DNA of 53,402 bases from positions 1 to 53,402 of IMG/VR virus record IMGVR_UViG_3300017782_000022. One strand, written 5' to 3'. This document shows positions 36,101 to 45,100 of this stretch, piece by piece. A program made the position numbers and the translations under genes. Positions within the stretch are counted from its first letter, which is position 1; each line of letters opens with the position of its first letter. The stretch comes from a virus. A model generated the notes under the pieces. The model had not been told where the DNA came from, ran no database searches, and saw nothing but the letters and a program-made list of their open reading frames with translations.

Positions 36101-38823
36101 ATAATAAAATGCAATTTGTTTTTCATCATATAAGACTCTAGCTCAGGAGATGCTTGAAAGACAGCATATTTACCAAGCATTGCACCAAGGCCCTTACTAC
36201 TATTACTTACTATAAAACTTTTATGACCACTACCTTCGTTATTCATACCCCAGTCTTTATTCTGAGCTTTAATAACATCAGACCTTCCATAAATAGCACC
36301 ATCAGTGCCTTGAACCATCTTACTAGCTGGAGTTGTTTGGTTCCAGTTTTTTTCAGCTAGTGACTCATCTTTTATTAACCTGTATTTAAAATTACCATTT
36401 TCTAAGTCAGGTACTTCAGCCTCTATCATTCTTTTGTCACCAGAATGACCAGTAGTAAACCATATTTGAGCTCTTTTGTTATATGCCTTAGAACTATTTA
36501 TCATTCCCGGCCCATATATCTGAGCTAGATTTTCAGAAGTTAGCTTTGAATTAAATCCATTTAACTCTAGTTCATACAAAGCATTAGATAAATAAGCTCT
36601 GTTAAACATTTTTCTAGCAGTTTGTTTTACATTCATACCCTCTCTCATATAAGGAGCGTATGTATCTTCATATTCTTTTCTTTCTGCTTTTAATTCTCTT
36701 GTAAATTGATTCTTTAACGACTGTAAAGAACTTCCTTTTTTACCTTGTTTCCTAAAAGTAGCTGTAGCCCATGCATCACGAAGAACATTCATTTCAGATG
36801 TACTAGGATTTACACTTGCTTCTGGATGGTATTTCATAAAATACATTCTTTCTGCATCACCTTTACCACCATAGTAATACATATCTGCTTTTCTATGTAA
36901 TGAGTAAAAGTTTTTAGCATGAAATTTAGTAGCCATTCTTTGGCCTTCTAATTCAGAAGCTTGTTTAGCATATCTATATGGACTAGGAACACCTAACTCT
37001 TGAGCTCTTGCTAATTCTTTAGGGAATTGACTCCTAGCATAAAACTCAGGGAGCTTTAATAACCCCATTTCTTTCATTGTTTGACCTTCTATTGCAGTAA
37101 AATGGTCTAAGACTGAGTATGCTTTAGCATTAGGAAGGCTACCATTTAATCTTTGAAATGCACTTGAATAAACTTCATCTATTAACTTAGGCTCTTCTCT
37201 TAAAAGCTTTATATTACCTGCTCTATTTTGATGACCTTCAGGCATTTGTTCCCAAAAATCTTCTCCTTTCTTAGCAAAAGGCTTTGCAGTAAGCTGGTCT
37301 ACCACTTTATCTCTTAAAGATGTAGTTGCATATTGTCTCCACCACCTATCATGCTCGTCTTTAGGAAGTTGTCCAAATTTCTTTTGAAGATAGTCTGTCA
37401 TAGTTTTTTCTGGAGTAATATCTTTACCTTCAAAAGCATTTTTTAAAGTCTTTTGCCATTGCTTATGCACATCAAGAACTGTTTCTACACGAGTTTTATT
37501 AGGTGTCTCGCTTGAACTCCAAGAAGGCTCCATATTTCTTGTAACAAAACTATCTATTTTTAAAGGTACTTGTTCATTTATTGTGCCTACATCAGAATCT
37601 GTAACTTCTGCATTTCTAATTCTACCACCTTCTAATGGCTTTTCTTGTCCGGGCAATGTAACGCTTTTTACTATCTCACCGTACTCGTTTACAGTTACTC
37701 CCTTTTCTAGTAACTTGTTAGCCATCTCTGTACGTTCTTGTTTATTCATACCGGGCATATCTTTTAATAATTCATTTACTATTATATTTGCAGTAACGGG
37801 TCTACCAAGCGAATCTACTTTACCTCTAATTTGCTCAGCTAATTTTAAAGTTGCTTGTTGAGAAGCTTCTGGTAACTTAGCAAACTCAGGATTACCTTCA
37901 ACTGGCTCACCAATAGTCCCATCTTTAAATCTTTCTGCTATAAACTTTCTACTCTGCCTTGTTGTATATGGAGCTTCTTTATAACCAAAGTATGCACCTA
38001 ATAAATAATGATAAATCTGTTCAGGATTAGTTTGTCCAGCCATTGTCGCAGGCAACCCAGAAAATGCAGATGCAGACATCATCCTTAAGAGTTTATCACC
38101 TTCCGGATTGCCAGTTTTAACAAAGTTTCCTATACCTCTAAAAACAGCTCCAGTTTGAGCACCGCCTACAAAAGCACCCATCATTTCATCTACACCACCT
38201 TGCCAAGCGCTTATAGCACTAGCAGTACCTAAATGGAAAGCGCCTGCTACCATATCTTCTGCAATAGGAGCACCTTTACCCATAAAATCAAAGGCATCTT
38301 TAGTAGCTCTTCCTCTTAATTTAGCGGCTTCAGCTTTTGCTCCAAGAGCAACTCTAGATGCTTTCTTTTGCAGAAAGTTTGCACCCATCATAGGAATACT
38401 TTGACCTTTTAATTTTCTAGCGGCATTAACAAGATACCCTGCTTTGCCTACAGCTCCAACAGCGGGAACAGGTAACCAACCTACAAAACCTGCAAGGTGT
38501 CCTACGTTCCTAGCAATAGCTTCCCATTCATTCTTTGGGTCTTCTCCCATTTTAAATGTAGACCAACCTTCACCAAAACCTGCACCAGCTTGTTTTATAA
38601 TCCCTTTTATAGAGACTTCGTTGTCTTCCTTACTTTTAGCAAAGGGTATTTTATAATGCTGAGCGTGTAATTCTACTTGTTGTATCTTCTCTTCGTCAAA
38701 TTTGTGAGAGTAGTGCTTATAATAATTAACAAGCTTTTGTGTTGTTTGCCTATCAATAGACGGGGTAAATCCTTCTTCAGGATTAAAATCTTTCGATGGC
38801 TTCTCTGGGTAGTATGATGCCAT
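30154..38823 (-). CDS. Giant 2889-aa protein with a beta-prime-like double-psi beta-barrel RNA polymerase active site (putative virion RNAP)
   Basis: QRTPMDSMSGAHKLKF...VLLHPRTMEALGGADLDGDKAF (35038-35172) aligns by eye with bacterial beta-prime NRAPTLHRLGIQAF...[22 protein letters not shown]. Uninterrupted 8.7-kb ORF in the structural block. Confidence 0.65.
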   Translation of the reverse strand: MASYYPEKPSKDFNPEEGFTPSIDRQTTQKLVNYYKHYSHKFDEEKIQQVELHAQHYKIPFAKSKEDNEVSIKGIIKQAGAGFGEGWSTFKMGEDPKNEWEAIARNVGHLAGFVGWLPVPAVGAVGKAGYLVNAARKLKGQSIPMMGANFLQKKASRVALGAKAEAAKLRGRATKDAFDFMGKGAPIAEDMVAGAFHLGTASAISAWQGGVDEMMGAFVGGAQTGAVFRGIGNFVKTGNPEGDKLLRMMSASAFSGLPATMAGQTNPEQIYHYLLGAYFGYKEAPYTTRQSRKFIAERFKDGTIGEPVEGNPEFAKLPEASQQATLKLAEQIRGKVDSLGRPVTANIIVNELLKDMPGMNKQERTEMANKLLEKGVTVNEYGEIVKSVTLPGQEKPLEGGRIRNAEVTDSDVGTINEQVPLKIDSFVTRNMEPSWSSSETPNKTRVETVLDVHKQWQKTLKNAFEGKDITPEKTMTDYLQKKFGQLPKDEHDRWWRQYATTSLRDKVVDQLTAKPFAKKGEDFWEQMPEGHQNRAGNIKLLREEPKLIDEVYSSAFQRLNGSLPNAKAYSVLDHFTAIEGQTMKEMGLLKLPEFYARSQFPKELARAQELGVPSPYRYAKQASELEGQRMATKFHAKNFYSLHRKADMYYYGGKGDAERMYFMKYHPEASVNPSTSEMNVLRDAWATATFRKQGKKGSSLQSLKNQFTRELKAERKEYEDTYAPYMREGMNVKQTARKMFNRAYLSNALYELELNGFNSKLTSENLAQIYGPGMINSSKAYNKRAQIWFTTGHSGDKRMIEAEVPDLENGNFKYRLIKDESLAEKNWNQTTPASKMVQGTDGAIYGRSDVIKAQNKDWGMNNEGSGHKSFIVSNSSKGLGAMLGKYAVFQASPELESYMMKNKLHFIIPETAAKQYGSREFGELTRSKKGIELKGGQDYLLAPNEMKGIFSERFDNHSLDMQRLPKQMLSNLTPYSWSRIQPETIENMYDQLSRKSFLGQPEMNGKLQLLMKDPTNEAYKRDLLNNIDNIGTKELLVALKTPGLEKFATEVYRKIQRMDLMTDAEMALQEGELTKEEYEAVKGQKYELNVVHEKIQELVGDSLAGLMHKYVTPYRQTIIRNWVVNQLVRPKLENSFASRMRPYEIGLRNQRVKGQNTSLLEKRDDIFFLDNNYKDLKIYSKAFQGSMRLEDIWNDYNAGRYRGKVKRQIEETLNAIVQRTPMDSMSGAHKLKFKGFTGVKGIGVLLHPRTMEALGGADLDGDKAFGFFGGLSKDGMRGGGFKEEWMDMYNSQKQEFYKKDGTVSNNKTEIDPISGRQYRDILAFTDKETLDKINSSVLKLSPLQRMKASFGASGGRQQLGPAVVNKAVLTSAYAAIRGTESGELKIPQTKGLYKKFDIVIKPKTDAKSMESFRGITRASIALGSDPMDEAGLRGRDLFFKEAAKRAFDFEVRFKNGKKHDKFSKMFSNNEGQMRAGLIKSLSRINSVLFGRNLAEGRRWFPEEIQMYLEEANEALGGVESNTLFPKLAETLRGVDLSDSILRRIKFTEFEKSYEEHNKLADSLGDLKSILGRGSFKTPMNTYLKDIYKNNLFEQQGFNSQLDVNSRSFKPKLFSGKAYNGFLNGRRKLNPEENMEHRAEIMRDIMAKAERFISDDISDFASLKMISSKTEGISKERIKQIWTEADKIKKASYLFAKRKSSPVKGLSTLSEAEANFIREMELQIAPEKTSSAMNKAEIDRRITLFKRAEGLNDKETSLFESIMLGTYSRGTLHELNKRVESYKSPIWSEEFTNEINNLREMASNTSTTKLGIESEAISNSSKKEFFQEYRKIFDRSIDIVTESDKARIKQEAVESNKPIEIFDPKTGEKVKGQPLEASDYDAKTRKYIDEIGPFEGIKEGTLEKKEHRQLLSSLKQKIEIAFPNIVGRDLNGLMRDRFNKDINKVDLHDLKVFDRWLDDTLTGSWYQKTFSKIKKKLPALSKWHYSMFPEAINQDLMRKEILLLERRGMFKDSHGNIISGRTMKPTGIMEVIQDYIHKGQEWSIDASESEKGRFREELAPYMNLKRGYDLHEIAIALREINVPKKWKEKYETVDNSMYLWIKEAYEKAHREIPKKHDWETLKKQTFLVQKRNKVESLTGEQIVKEINEAYTKKNEEAHTWLTGKPGALDKYKALEYNKEGNKKSEYDYFRAVKKKFFSDMVKSIEGGERFNMDLGVDGLRWVARRIMISQIPAQYAKERKSLMESIPKDSESTGRYDFDIYFPHLNFNRAEAGRQMERGIDYILNNKSMSKKEKDREVKKIVIHHNQMTGDFMATDKFGEHFDQMQGIMQEIATKKKVSKDRITWFHNNKMGNQFSRTAHIDGWERTPEAYETYIKNITDTYYRLASQVITKDAIVDWSYQNYLKAGGKGKAEGQDIDLINSWRSFFNLYTQGAMGYPTKIPEAVMKNPDMKLKGSFYAFTADSEVTKKLNSIANKLGISKTEAQKRFPELGGPYDMSAIARLSNMEAKYALASLLAHPKSAVANLYGGSVHTIINTGWDNFKKGRDIDYLRTYVNPEWKNMKDVEAAVKKFGVIEEFLMYEATLNPEIKGEKWSKFMSQAVSKIKKDPNFKDSSLLELAKSNGITETIFQKAGWFMREPERILRRDAFMSGLVQARQRFGGVIKEWNHPILIEMAKKNVKATQFLYSAPFRPMFAATSLGKMMTRFQLWAWNAVRFRKDILKEANLQGYQEGTVEMERFKRLATADLFMMAMSNVFMYSLFESTLPAPWSYFQDTADWLLGDEKERDRAFFGAYPTAVAPLQLITPPSLRLLPTLFKGLVNDDYAKLSDYTVWTMFPFGRIMRDVAGPGGMLENPMMSFEKMTGLPYMQFAKQVTKYQDSEILSSGDYK

Positions 38824-40128
38824 TTAAAAAGGAGATGAGTTATCTATTTCATCCATCCCTTCGGAACTTCCCATAAATCCTGTTTCTAGAGTTGCTATTC
38901 CTGCTGGTACTGCAAGATTACTTAAAGCACCCATAAGACTAGTATCAGAATCTGGAGTATTTTCTGCAAGCTTCTTTAGCATATCAGCACGGCTTTCAGG
39001 GTCTTTCCACATTTTCTTTATTGCATCACCTCTAGATTTTGGTATCTTAGCTTCTTTAATAATTTCATCAATGCTCTTATTGTTCTTTAAGCCAGTTCTT
39101 AAGCTTTCCATAACTTTTCCAGCGTGATTTCTAGCTACTTTACCAGTTTTTTTATAACCCATATAGCTTTTTGCAATTCCATCTAACGCATCATCAGCAA
39201 AGCTACTTTTTCCAAATTTGCTTCCAGCTTCTTTTAATAAGTCACCAGCCGCTCCTTTTACTTTACCTGATTTAACTAAAGACTCCATTGCGTCACTCAT
39301 GTATGGAGCATATTCTTGACCAACTTCTGACAAAGCTTCTTTCATTCCGTCAACATCACCTTTTTTAGCAAACTTAGATGCTTTCTTTGCAATAGACTCT
39401 GCACCTTCTTTTATACCTTGTTTAGCTACTCTTGTCCCAAGAATAGAACTCCCTATTCCCGATGTTAAGCCAAACTTACTTAGCAACTGACCAGCTCCTT
39501 GAGCCGCTTGAGGAATATATCTACCAACAAGACCGCCGGGAGTAAAACTTAAAGCTTTTGAAGCCTTAGCTAAACTTTTTTCAGACATTCTTAAAGCATT
39601 TAAACCTTCTTTACTACCAAGTTTCATTGAGGCTTTCTTAGCACCACCTTTTAATCCAATCTTAGCTATAGCGGCACCAACAACAGGTGTCCCTGCCCCC
39701 ATAGTTCCTATTGTAGTAATTACTGCTGGAATAATAATACCAGCCCAATTACCTATAGTCCTAGCTGTTTCAGTCCTCCTTGATGAATATACATCATCAG
39801 GAATCATATCAAATAACAAGCCATCTAATGCTCCAACCATTCCAGCTCCTAATTGCTCTAAAACATTTGCTTTATCACCAGAAGCCAAATCTACATTTAA
39901 TCCGTATTCAGCTCCTTTTTGTTGCAATCTAAGTAAATCTTCATTACTATAAGACTTAGGGTCTTCATAATACCTACTTATGTCCTTGTATAATCTTGAC
40001 ATTTCTTTAGTTTTACTATCGTTAAGTAAAGAAGCAGTTAAAGCTTGTTGCAGTCCCATTGGATTGCTTTGTGTTTGAGGAGGATTATACCCTATACCCA
40101 GTCTTTGTTTAAGATTTGATTGTGCCAT
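38824..40128 (-). CDS. Gly/Ala/Lys-rich internal virion protein with hydrophobic segment
   Basis: 434-aa ORF abutting the giant gene. Contains GNWAGIIIPAVITTIGTMGAGTPVVGAAIA. Confidence 0.75.
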   Translation of the reverse strand: MAQSNLKQRLGIGYNPPQTQSNPMGLQQALTASLLNDSKTKEMSRLYKDISRYYEDPKSYSNEDLLRLQQKGAEYGLNVDLASGDKANVLEQLGAGMVGALDGLLFDMIPDDVYSSRRTETARTIGNWAGIIIPAVITTIGTMGAGTPVVGAAIAKIGLKGGAKKASMKLGSKEGLNALRMSEKSLAKASKALSFTPGGLVGRYIPQAAQGAGQLLSKFGLTSGIGSSILGTRVAKQGIKEGAESIAKKASKFAKKGDVDGMKEALSEVGQEYAPYMSDAMESLVKSGKVKGAAGDLLKEAGSKFGKSSFADDALDGIAKSYMGYKKTGKVARNHAGKVMESLRTGLKNNKSIDEIIKEAKIPKSRGDAIKKMWKDPESRADMLKKLAENTPDSDTSLMGALSNLAVPAGIATLETGFMGSSEGMDEIDNSSPF

Positions 40129-40130
40129 TA

Positions 40131-41036
40131 TTACCTGCCCCCTCCTAATACGTCTTGCATATTACCACCTTGTAATAAACCTAAAGTTTTAGTTAACATT
40201 TCTATTCTCTTTGAGACGTCCCTAGCTTTTTTATTATTACCTGCGTCAAACAATTCTTGCTCTTCAATAGTCAACCTATCTATTTCATCTTGTTGTAGCT
40301 TTTGGTTTTTTATTCTTGCGTCTCCTAAGTCTAGCAATTGCCCTTGATAATTTCTTGAGCGCTTATCTATTCCAAATTGGTCAAACAGTTTATTATAATC
40401 TTCAGTTTTAGCTAAAGTTGGATTAATATAGTTATTATTAATAATTCCACTAGCCAATTCTCTTAATCTATCAGGGTCATTTGCTACAGTATCTGTAAAC
40501 TGTTTACCGGTCTCCCTAGCTATTAATGCATCTATATTATTTAAATCTGCATCTATTCCTTGCAATGTATCAGTTTCTCTTAAACCCCCTTCAACAACTT
40601 TATCCATTAATCCTCTTCTTGTATCAATTTTTTCTTGTTGTTTTTCAGTAGTTGCAGTGCCATAACCATATTGACTAGAATCTTGCCCTCTACTATAAGT
40701 GCTATAATCTAAATCACTTCTTTTCTTAGCTTCACTTAAAATATGCTCTTGCTTATCTGCTCTTGTTTTTTCTCTATGCCTAGAAATACTAGAATCTAAA
40801 GTATTAAATTTTAATTGGTTTTCGTACAATCTTAAAGATTCCATCAAGGGATTCATTGTTTTAGCGGCACGAGTATCTTCTTCAGCTCTGTCTATAAAAG
40901 CATCATGCTTATCTCTTGCTCTTTTTTCACCAAATATACTAAAAGCTAATTTTTGATTATCTTGCTCATCTTGCCTTCTGTTTTGCCTACCTTGTTGATA
41001 AGCTGTCATAAATGTTTGTGGGCCTTCTACTCTCAT
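40131..41036 (-). CDS. Charged coiled-coil virion protein
   Basis: 301-aa Gln/Arg/Asp/Glu-rich ORF, ATGA-coupled. Confidence 0.75.
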   Translation of the reverse strand: MRVEGPQTFMTAYQQGRQNRRQDEQDNQKLAFSIFGEKRARDKHDAFIDRAEEDTRAAKTMNPLMESLRLYENQLKFNTLDSSISRHREKTRADKQEHILSEAKKRSDLDYSTYSRGQDSSQYGYGTATTEKQQEKIDTRRGLMDKVVEGGLRETDTLQGIDADLNNIDALIARETGKQFTDTVANDPDRLRELASGIINNNYINPTLAKTEDYNKLFDQFGIDKRSRNYQGQLLDLGDARIKNQKLQQDEIDRLTIEEQELFDAGNNKKARDVSKRIEMLTKTLGLLQGGNMQDVLGGGR

Positions 41037-41863
41037 TCTATTACTCCTTCCTCTTCTAATAAACTTTGTTGAGGATTTTGATTTAATCTAAAGCTACTAT
41101 AACCTCCAAAACCAGCTGGCATCTGTGGTTGACCACCATATGGAGACCCATAACCTCCATAGCTCTGCACTGCGCTTGGAGACTGATTCTGATATGCATT
41201 TCCCGCATAATTTAAAAGTCCTGTAAAATTAGATTGTATTTGCTGGTCATTATTAAAACTATCTGCATAAGGCTTTGCAAAATTCTCCATCATAGTTCCT
41301 TTACCAGCCATTGCTCCTCCTAATAAGCTACCAACTCCGGGCATTAGCATATTTAACCCAGCTCCAGCTATCATTTGCTTCATACCAGCTTTTTTTGAAG
41401 AATTAATAGAATCTTGTTGCATTTTAACCTGATTTGCACCAGCGTATATATTATCACCTAATTGCCTGTTCTGCATTCCCATCTTACCTGCACTCATACC
41501 AAGGCCAAATGAATTTTGGTATGCTTTGTTTAAAGCATTGGCTGTATCTCCTCCAGCTCTTCTTCTTGCTTGTAATACATTTTGAGCACCTATACCACTA
41601 GAAGATACATTGTTTCCTTGTTGTGCCATTGTAGCTTGATAATCTCTAATACCAGATGCTGTATTGTCCTGTATTGCCGACTCTAGTATTCCAAACCTTG
41701 AATTGTTTATGGAGGAGTTTGGGTCAAAGAATTGGTCTGACATATTTTGAAACTTGTCAGCTTGCCCCATATAGTTATCAGCAGTATCTTGCCTGTCTTC
41801 TAAAAAATCATCTCTTTTGCCTGAGGAACTTTCAATTCCCATTAATGAATCATACCACGCCAT
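41033..41863 (-). CDS. Gly/Gln/Asn/Met-rich low-complexity virion protein
   Basis: 276-aa ORF with C-terminal GGYGSPYGGQPQMPAGFGGYSSF. Confidence 0.75.
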   Translation of the reverse strand: MAWYDSLMGIESSSGKRDDFLEDRQDTADNYMGQADKFQNMSDQFFDPNSSINNSRFGILESAIQDNTASGIRDYQATMAQQGNNVSSSGIGAQNVLQARRRAGGDTANALNKAYQNSFGLGMSAGKMGMQNRQLGDNIYAGANQVKMQQDSINSSKKAGMKQMIAGAGLNMLMPGVGSLLGGAMAGKGTMMENFAKPYADSFNNDQQIQSNFTGLLNYAGNAYQNQSPSAVQSYGGYGSPYGGQPQMPAGFGGYSSFRLNQNPQQSLLEEEGVIE

Positions 41864-41864
41864 T

Positions 41865-42116
41865 TTAATTCTCCTTTAATTTGTAATTAGCGGAGTCTTC
41901 GCTAATCCAACCATTTTTACCTTTAAATTCAACAAAATAACTATTTGATTGTCCGTCCTGTACAATTCTAAAGGCACCAGTAGGTTGACCCAAAGCTTTA
42001 TTATCTTGCTTTGAAACTACTGATAATATTTCATTTATTTCACGGTAAATGTTATCTAATACACTATTTAATTCTTTTACATCAAGTTGCTTTAATTGTC
42101 TACTTTTTATTGCCAT
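41865..42116 (-). CDS. Hypothetical small protein
   Basis: 83-aa ORF coupled to both neighbours. Confidence 0.7.
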   Translation of the reverse strand: MAIKSRQLKQLDVKELNSVLDNIYREINEILSVVSKQDNKALGQPTGAFRIVQDGQSNSYFVEFKGKNGWISEDSANYKLKEN

Positions 42117-45100
42117 TACTTTGCCTTTGGTTTTCTATAAATTATTCCCAAACTATCAACAGCAGTTGAACCATCTCCCCTAACAGAAAGTTTTATTCTT
42201 TTACCTTTCTTTGTTGCAACTTTTTCATTTGCCGCTACACCAAGCCCAAGAAGAGCATCATCAACTTTATATTGGATTATAGGGCTACCATTTTGGGACA
42301 CTGCTCTAATTTTATAGAATCTTTTATCAAGAGTAGGGAAGCCCATTACAAAGTTTTTAGAAATCCATTGCCAAGCTTTTCTAATTAGTCCTGTGCCTAA
42401 TCTAAACAATCCATTTTTATTCATATAAAGTACACCACCTTCCCAGTCTCTGCAAACAGAAAGCGTTGGTTTACCTAAACCACTATCATCAGCATCTGTT
42501 AACTGCCAATAATCCCATCTTTTTTTCTCTATATGAAAAGCCCAAACTGCCGCTTGAATACCCTCTTCTGTTCTTTGATTGTAATTTGTACCTTCATCTG
42601 CTCCAGCTATTTGCGTATATTCTAATTTTGGTTTGTGAAAAACACAAAAACATTTAGATATAGCATCAAATTCAACATGAACACTGTAGGGCAAATTATG
42701 TCGATTTCTGTAAGAAGAATCTAACCCTTGTTCTATAGGTAGACCTATATTTTGAATACTTGTTCCTTGATATAACCAAATACTCTTTTTATCAGCCCAA
42801 AACATACCATAATCAGAGCTTACTATTGAATCGTTAGATAGACACCCAGATTGAAGAAAAGTCTCTTCTATGACCATATTTCGAGGATTTATCATATAGG
42901 TAGTAGTTTGACTAAAAGCAAATAACTTACCATTGTAATAGCTAATTGCGCTTGGATACTCAGGTAGTTCTAAAAAGTCAGAGCTCCAATCAAATATAGA
43001 ATATTTTCCGGGTTTTGACCTATAAATATAATTTGTATTTTTATCTGCAGTTTGATGCCAAGCTTGAGTTATAAACAAGTAACCTTCTCCCTCACAAGAT
43101 AAACCATAGTGAGGCATTGTGTTATCTAATAACTCAGATACTCCAGTTCTAGTTTCAAATGTTTCTCCAGTCTTACCTGTATCAAGTATAGTACAGTACC
43201 ATTTATTTGAATCATTTGAGTCTACTACCCACCTTACATCGTTTAGACCTATATTCTCTACTAATTGATAGAAAGCTTTTGCAAAAGGCTCGTTTTTCCT
43301 GTTTACAGACCTATATATATTTATATGTGAAACTCTTCTAGAGATATTTCTAATATCTGGAACAGTAATCTTTATATTTAAGCAATCACCTGTTGTTTGA
43401 ACTGTCCATCCGCTATTAGTATCAACACTTGAGCCTATAGAATCACTTAATGGAGACTCTTGATATCCATCATAAACTAAGTTGAAGGTGTAGTACATAA
43501 AATCTGGGCCTAGTGCTTCTTTGTTAGCATCATAACCAAGACTTCCAGTAGGAGGGGTATCTTTACCCCACCAGCCATTAAAAACACTTGTACCTACTGA
43601 TAGTGGGCCAGATATTCTAGCTTGGTTATCAGCAGGTGAACCATTTCCAACATTATCAAATCCAGTAATAGTTAAGCCTAGGTCAGAAGCAACAAATCCT
43701 CTACTACTAGTTGCTGGTAAAATACCACTTTGATTAGTGTATGAGATATAAGACCAAGAACCTTTTCTTTGATTTAATAAAAAAGCCCTAGAGCCTATTA
43801 TTATAGATGTTGGTGTAAAGTCCCACATTTTTTCTTTATCACTATCTGAATGCTGTATTTGACTTTGAAATGCACTGCTTCGTTCATGGTCTAAAAGAAA
43901 GACTCTTAAATGGCCAAATTTACCTGCATAAGCGTTTTCCCAGTCATCAAAATTGTTTGAAGTTCCATTTGTACTGTAATTAATAGCACTTACATCTGTA
44001 TATCTATTACTTGCTCTAGTAGTCCTATCTCTATATGCTACACTAGCTCCTTCTAATCCAGTTTGAAGACCTTTAAACATATTATTTGCTCTTGGGTGTT
44101 GAATTAATCCAGTAGAAGTTCCATTTGCATTAAAAACTCCCGGTATCCTTTCACTTGCTGATAATCCAGCATTAGATGTACTTAGAAAATTATCATTTTC
44201 TTTGTGAAATGGATTTTTGTAAAAAAAAGTTTCTTTAACCCAACTATTTGCCCCTTGATTTGTTTGTTCAGATGCCTTAGCTCGTAAAGATTCTATATTG
44301 TGTGTAAAAATCTTTCCATCCTCATGGTACATAACAAGATATGCTACATTACTATTGCGATGATAAACAATTCTTTCTAAGTCAGATGGTTTACTACCTG
44401 CTCCTAGAAAACTTCTATTTGAATTTGTATATGAGCTTCCATTGCCCCACCCTGAGTTATTAAACTCTAGTTCAGTTATTTCTTGGTTGTATCCACCAGC
44501 TTGAACATTAGCGTTTGTAGGTATAATTAATGGTTTTTCAGTAAATCCAGTAGCTGTTCCGTCTATTATGTTAAAAGTAACGCAACCAGATGCTGGCAAT
44601 GCTACTTGCTCTACTTCTTTAGGTTTATTACCTGCTGTTAGTGAAAGTCTATCTCTCATTTTGCCAGCAGTTGCCATTGTAATACTGCTATCCCCATCAC
44701 TTCCTGTAATAAAACTATCAATGTAAAAACAAGAACTTGAAATAACTTCAGCATACAAAGCATTCCATTTTTGACTATGCCCATAATGCTTACCATAACT
44801 AGTAGACCCTTTTTTTGAATAGTCACTCCCACTATATACAACGCTTACTCCAACTCTAGTTGCTTCTCCAACATCTGTTAGACCAAATTGAAATAACTGT
44901 AAAACACCTGCTTCATTTATTTGAATTTTTTTACCCATTCCAGCATCAAGAGCACCTTCACTATTTCCTAAAATACTATCTTCACCAAGAAGAACACTAT
45001 CAGTCTCAAAATAATTTGTACCATTGATGTTATTTTCGTCTTTTGCAGTTCCTTGCGGATGTCCACCTTCTTCTATGTTATAGTCACCTCTTATTACAGG

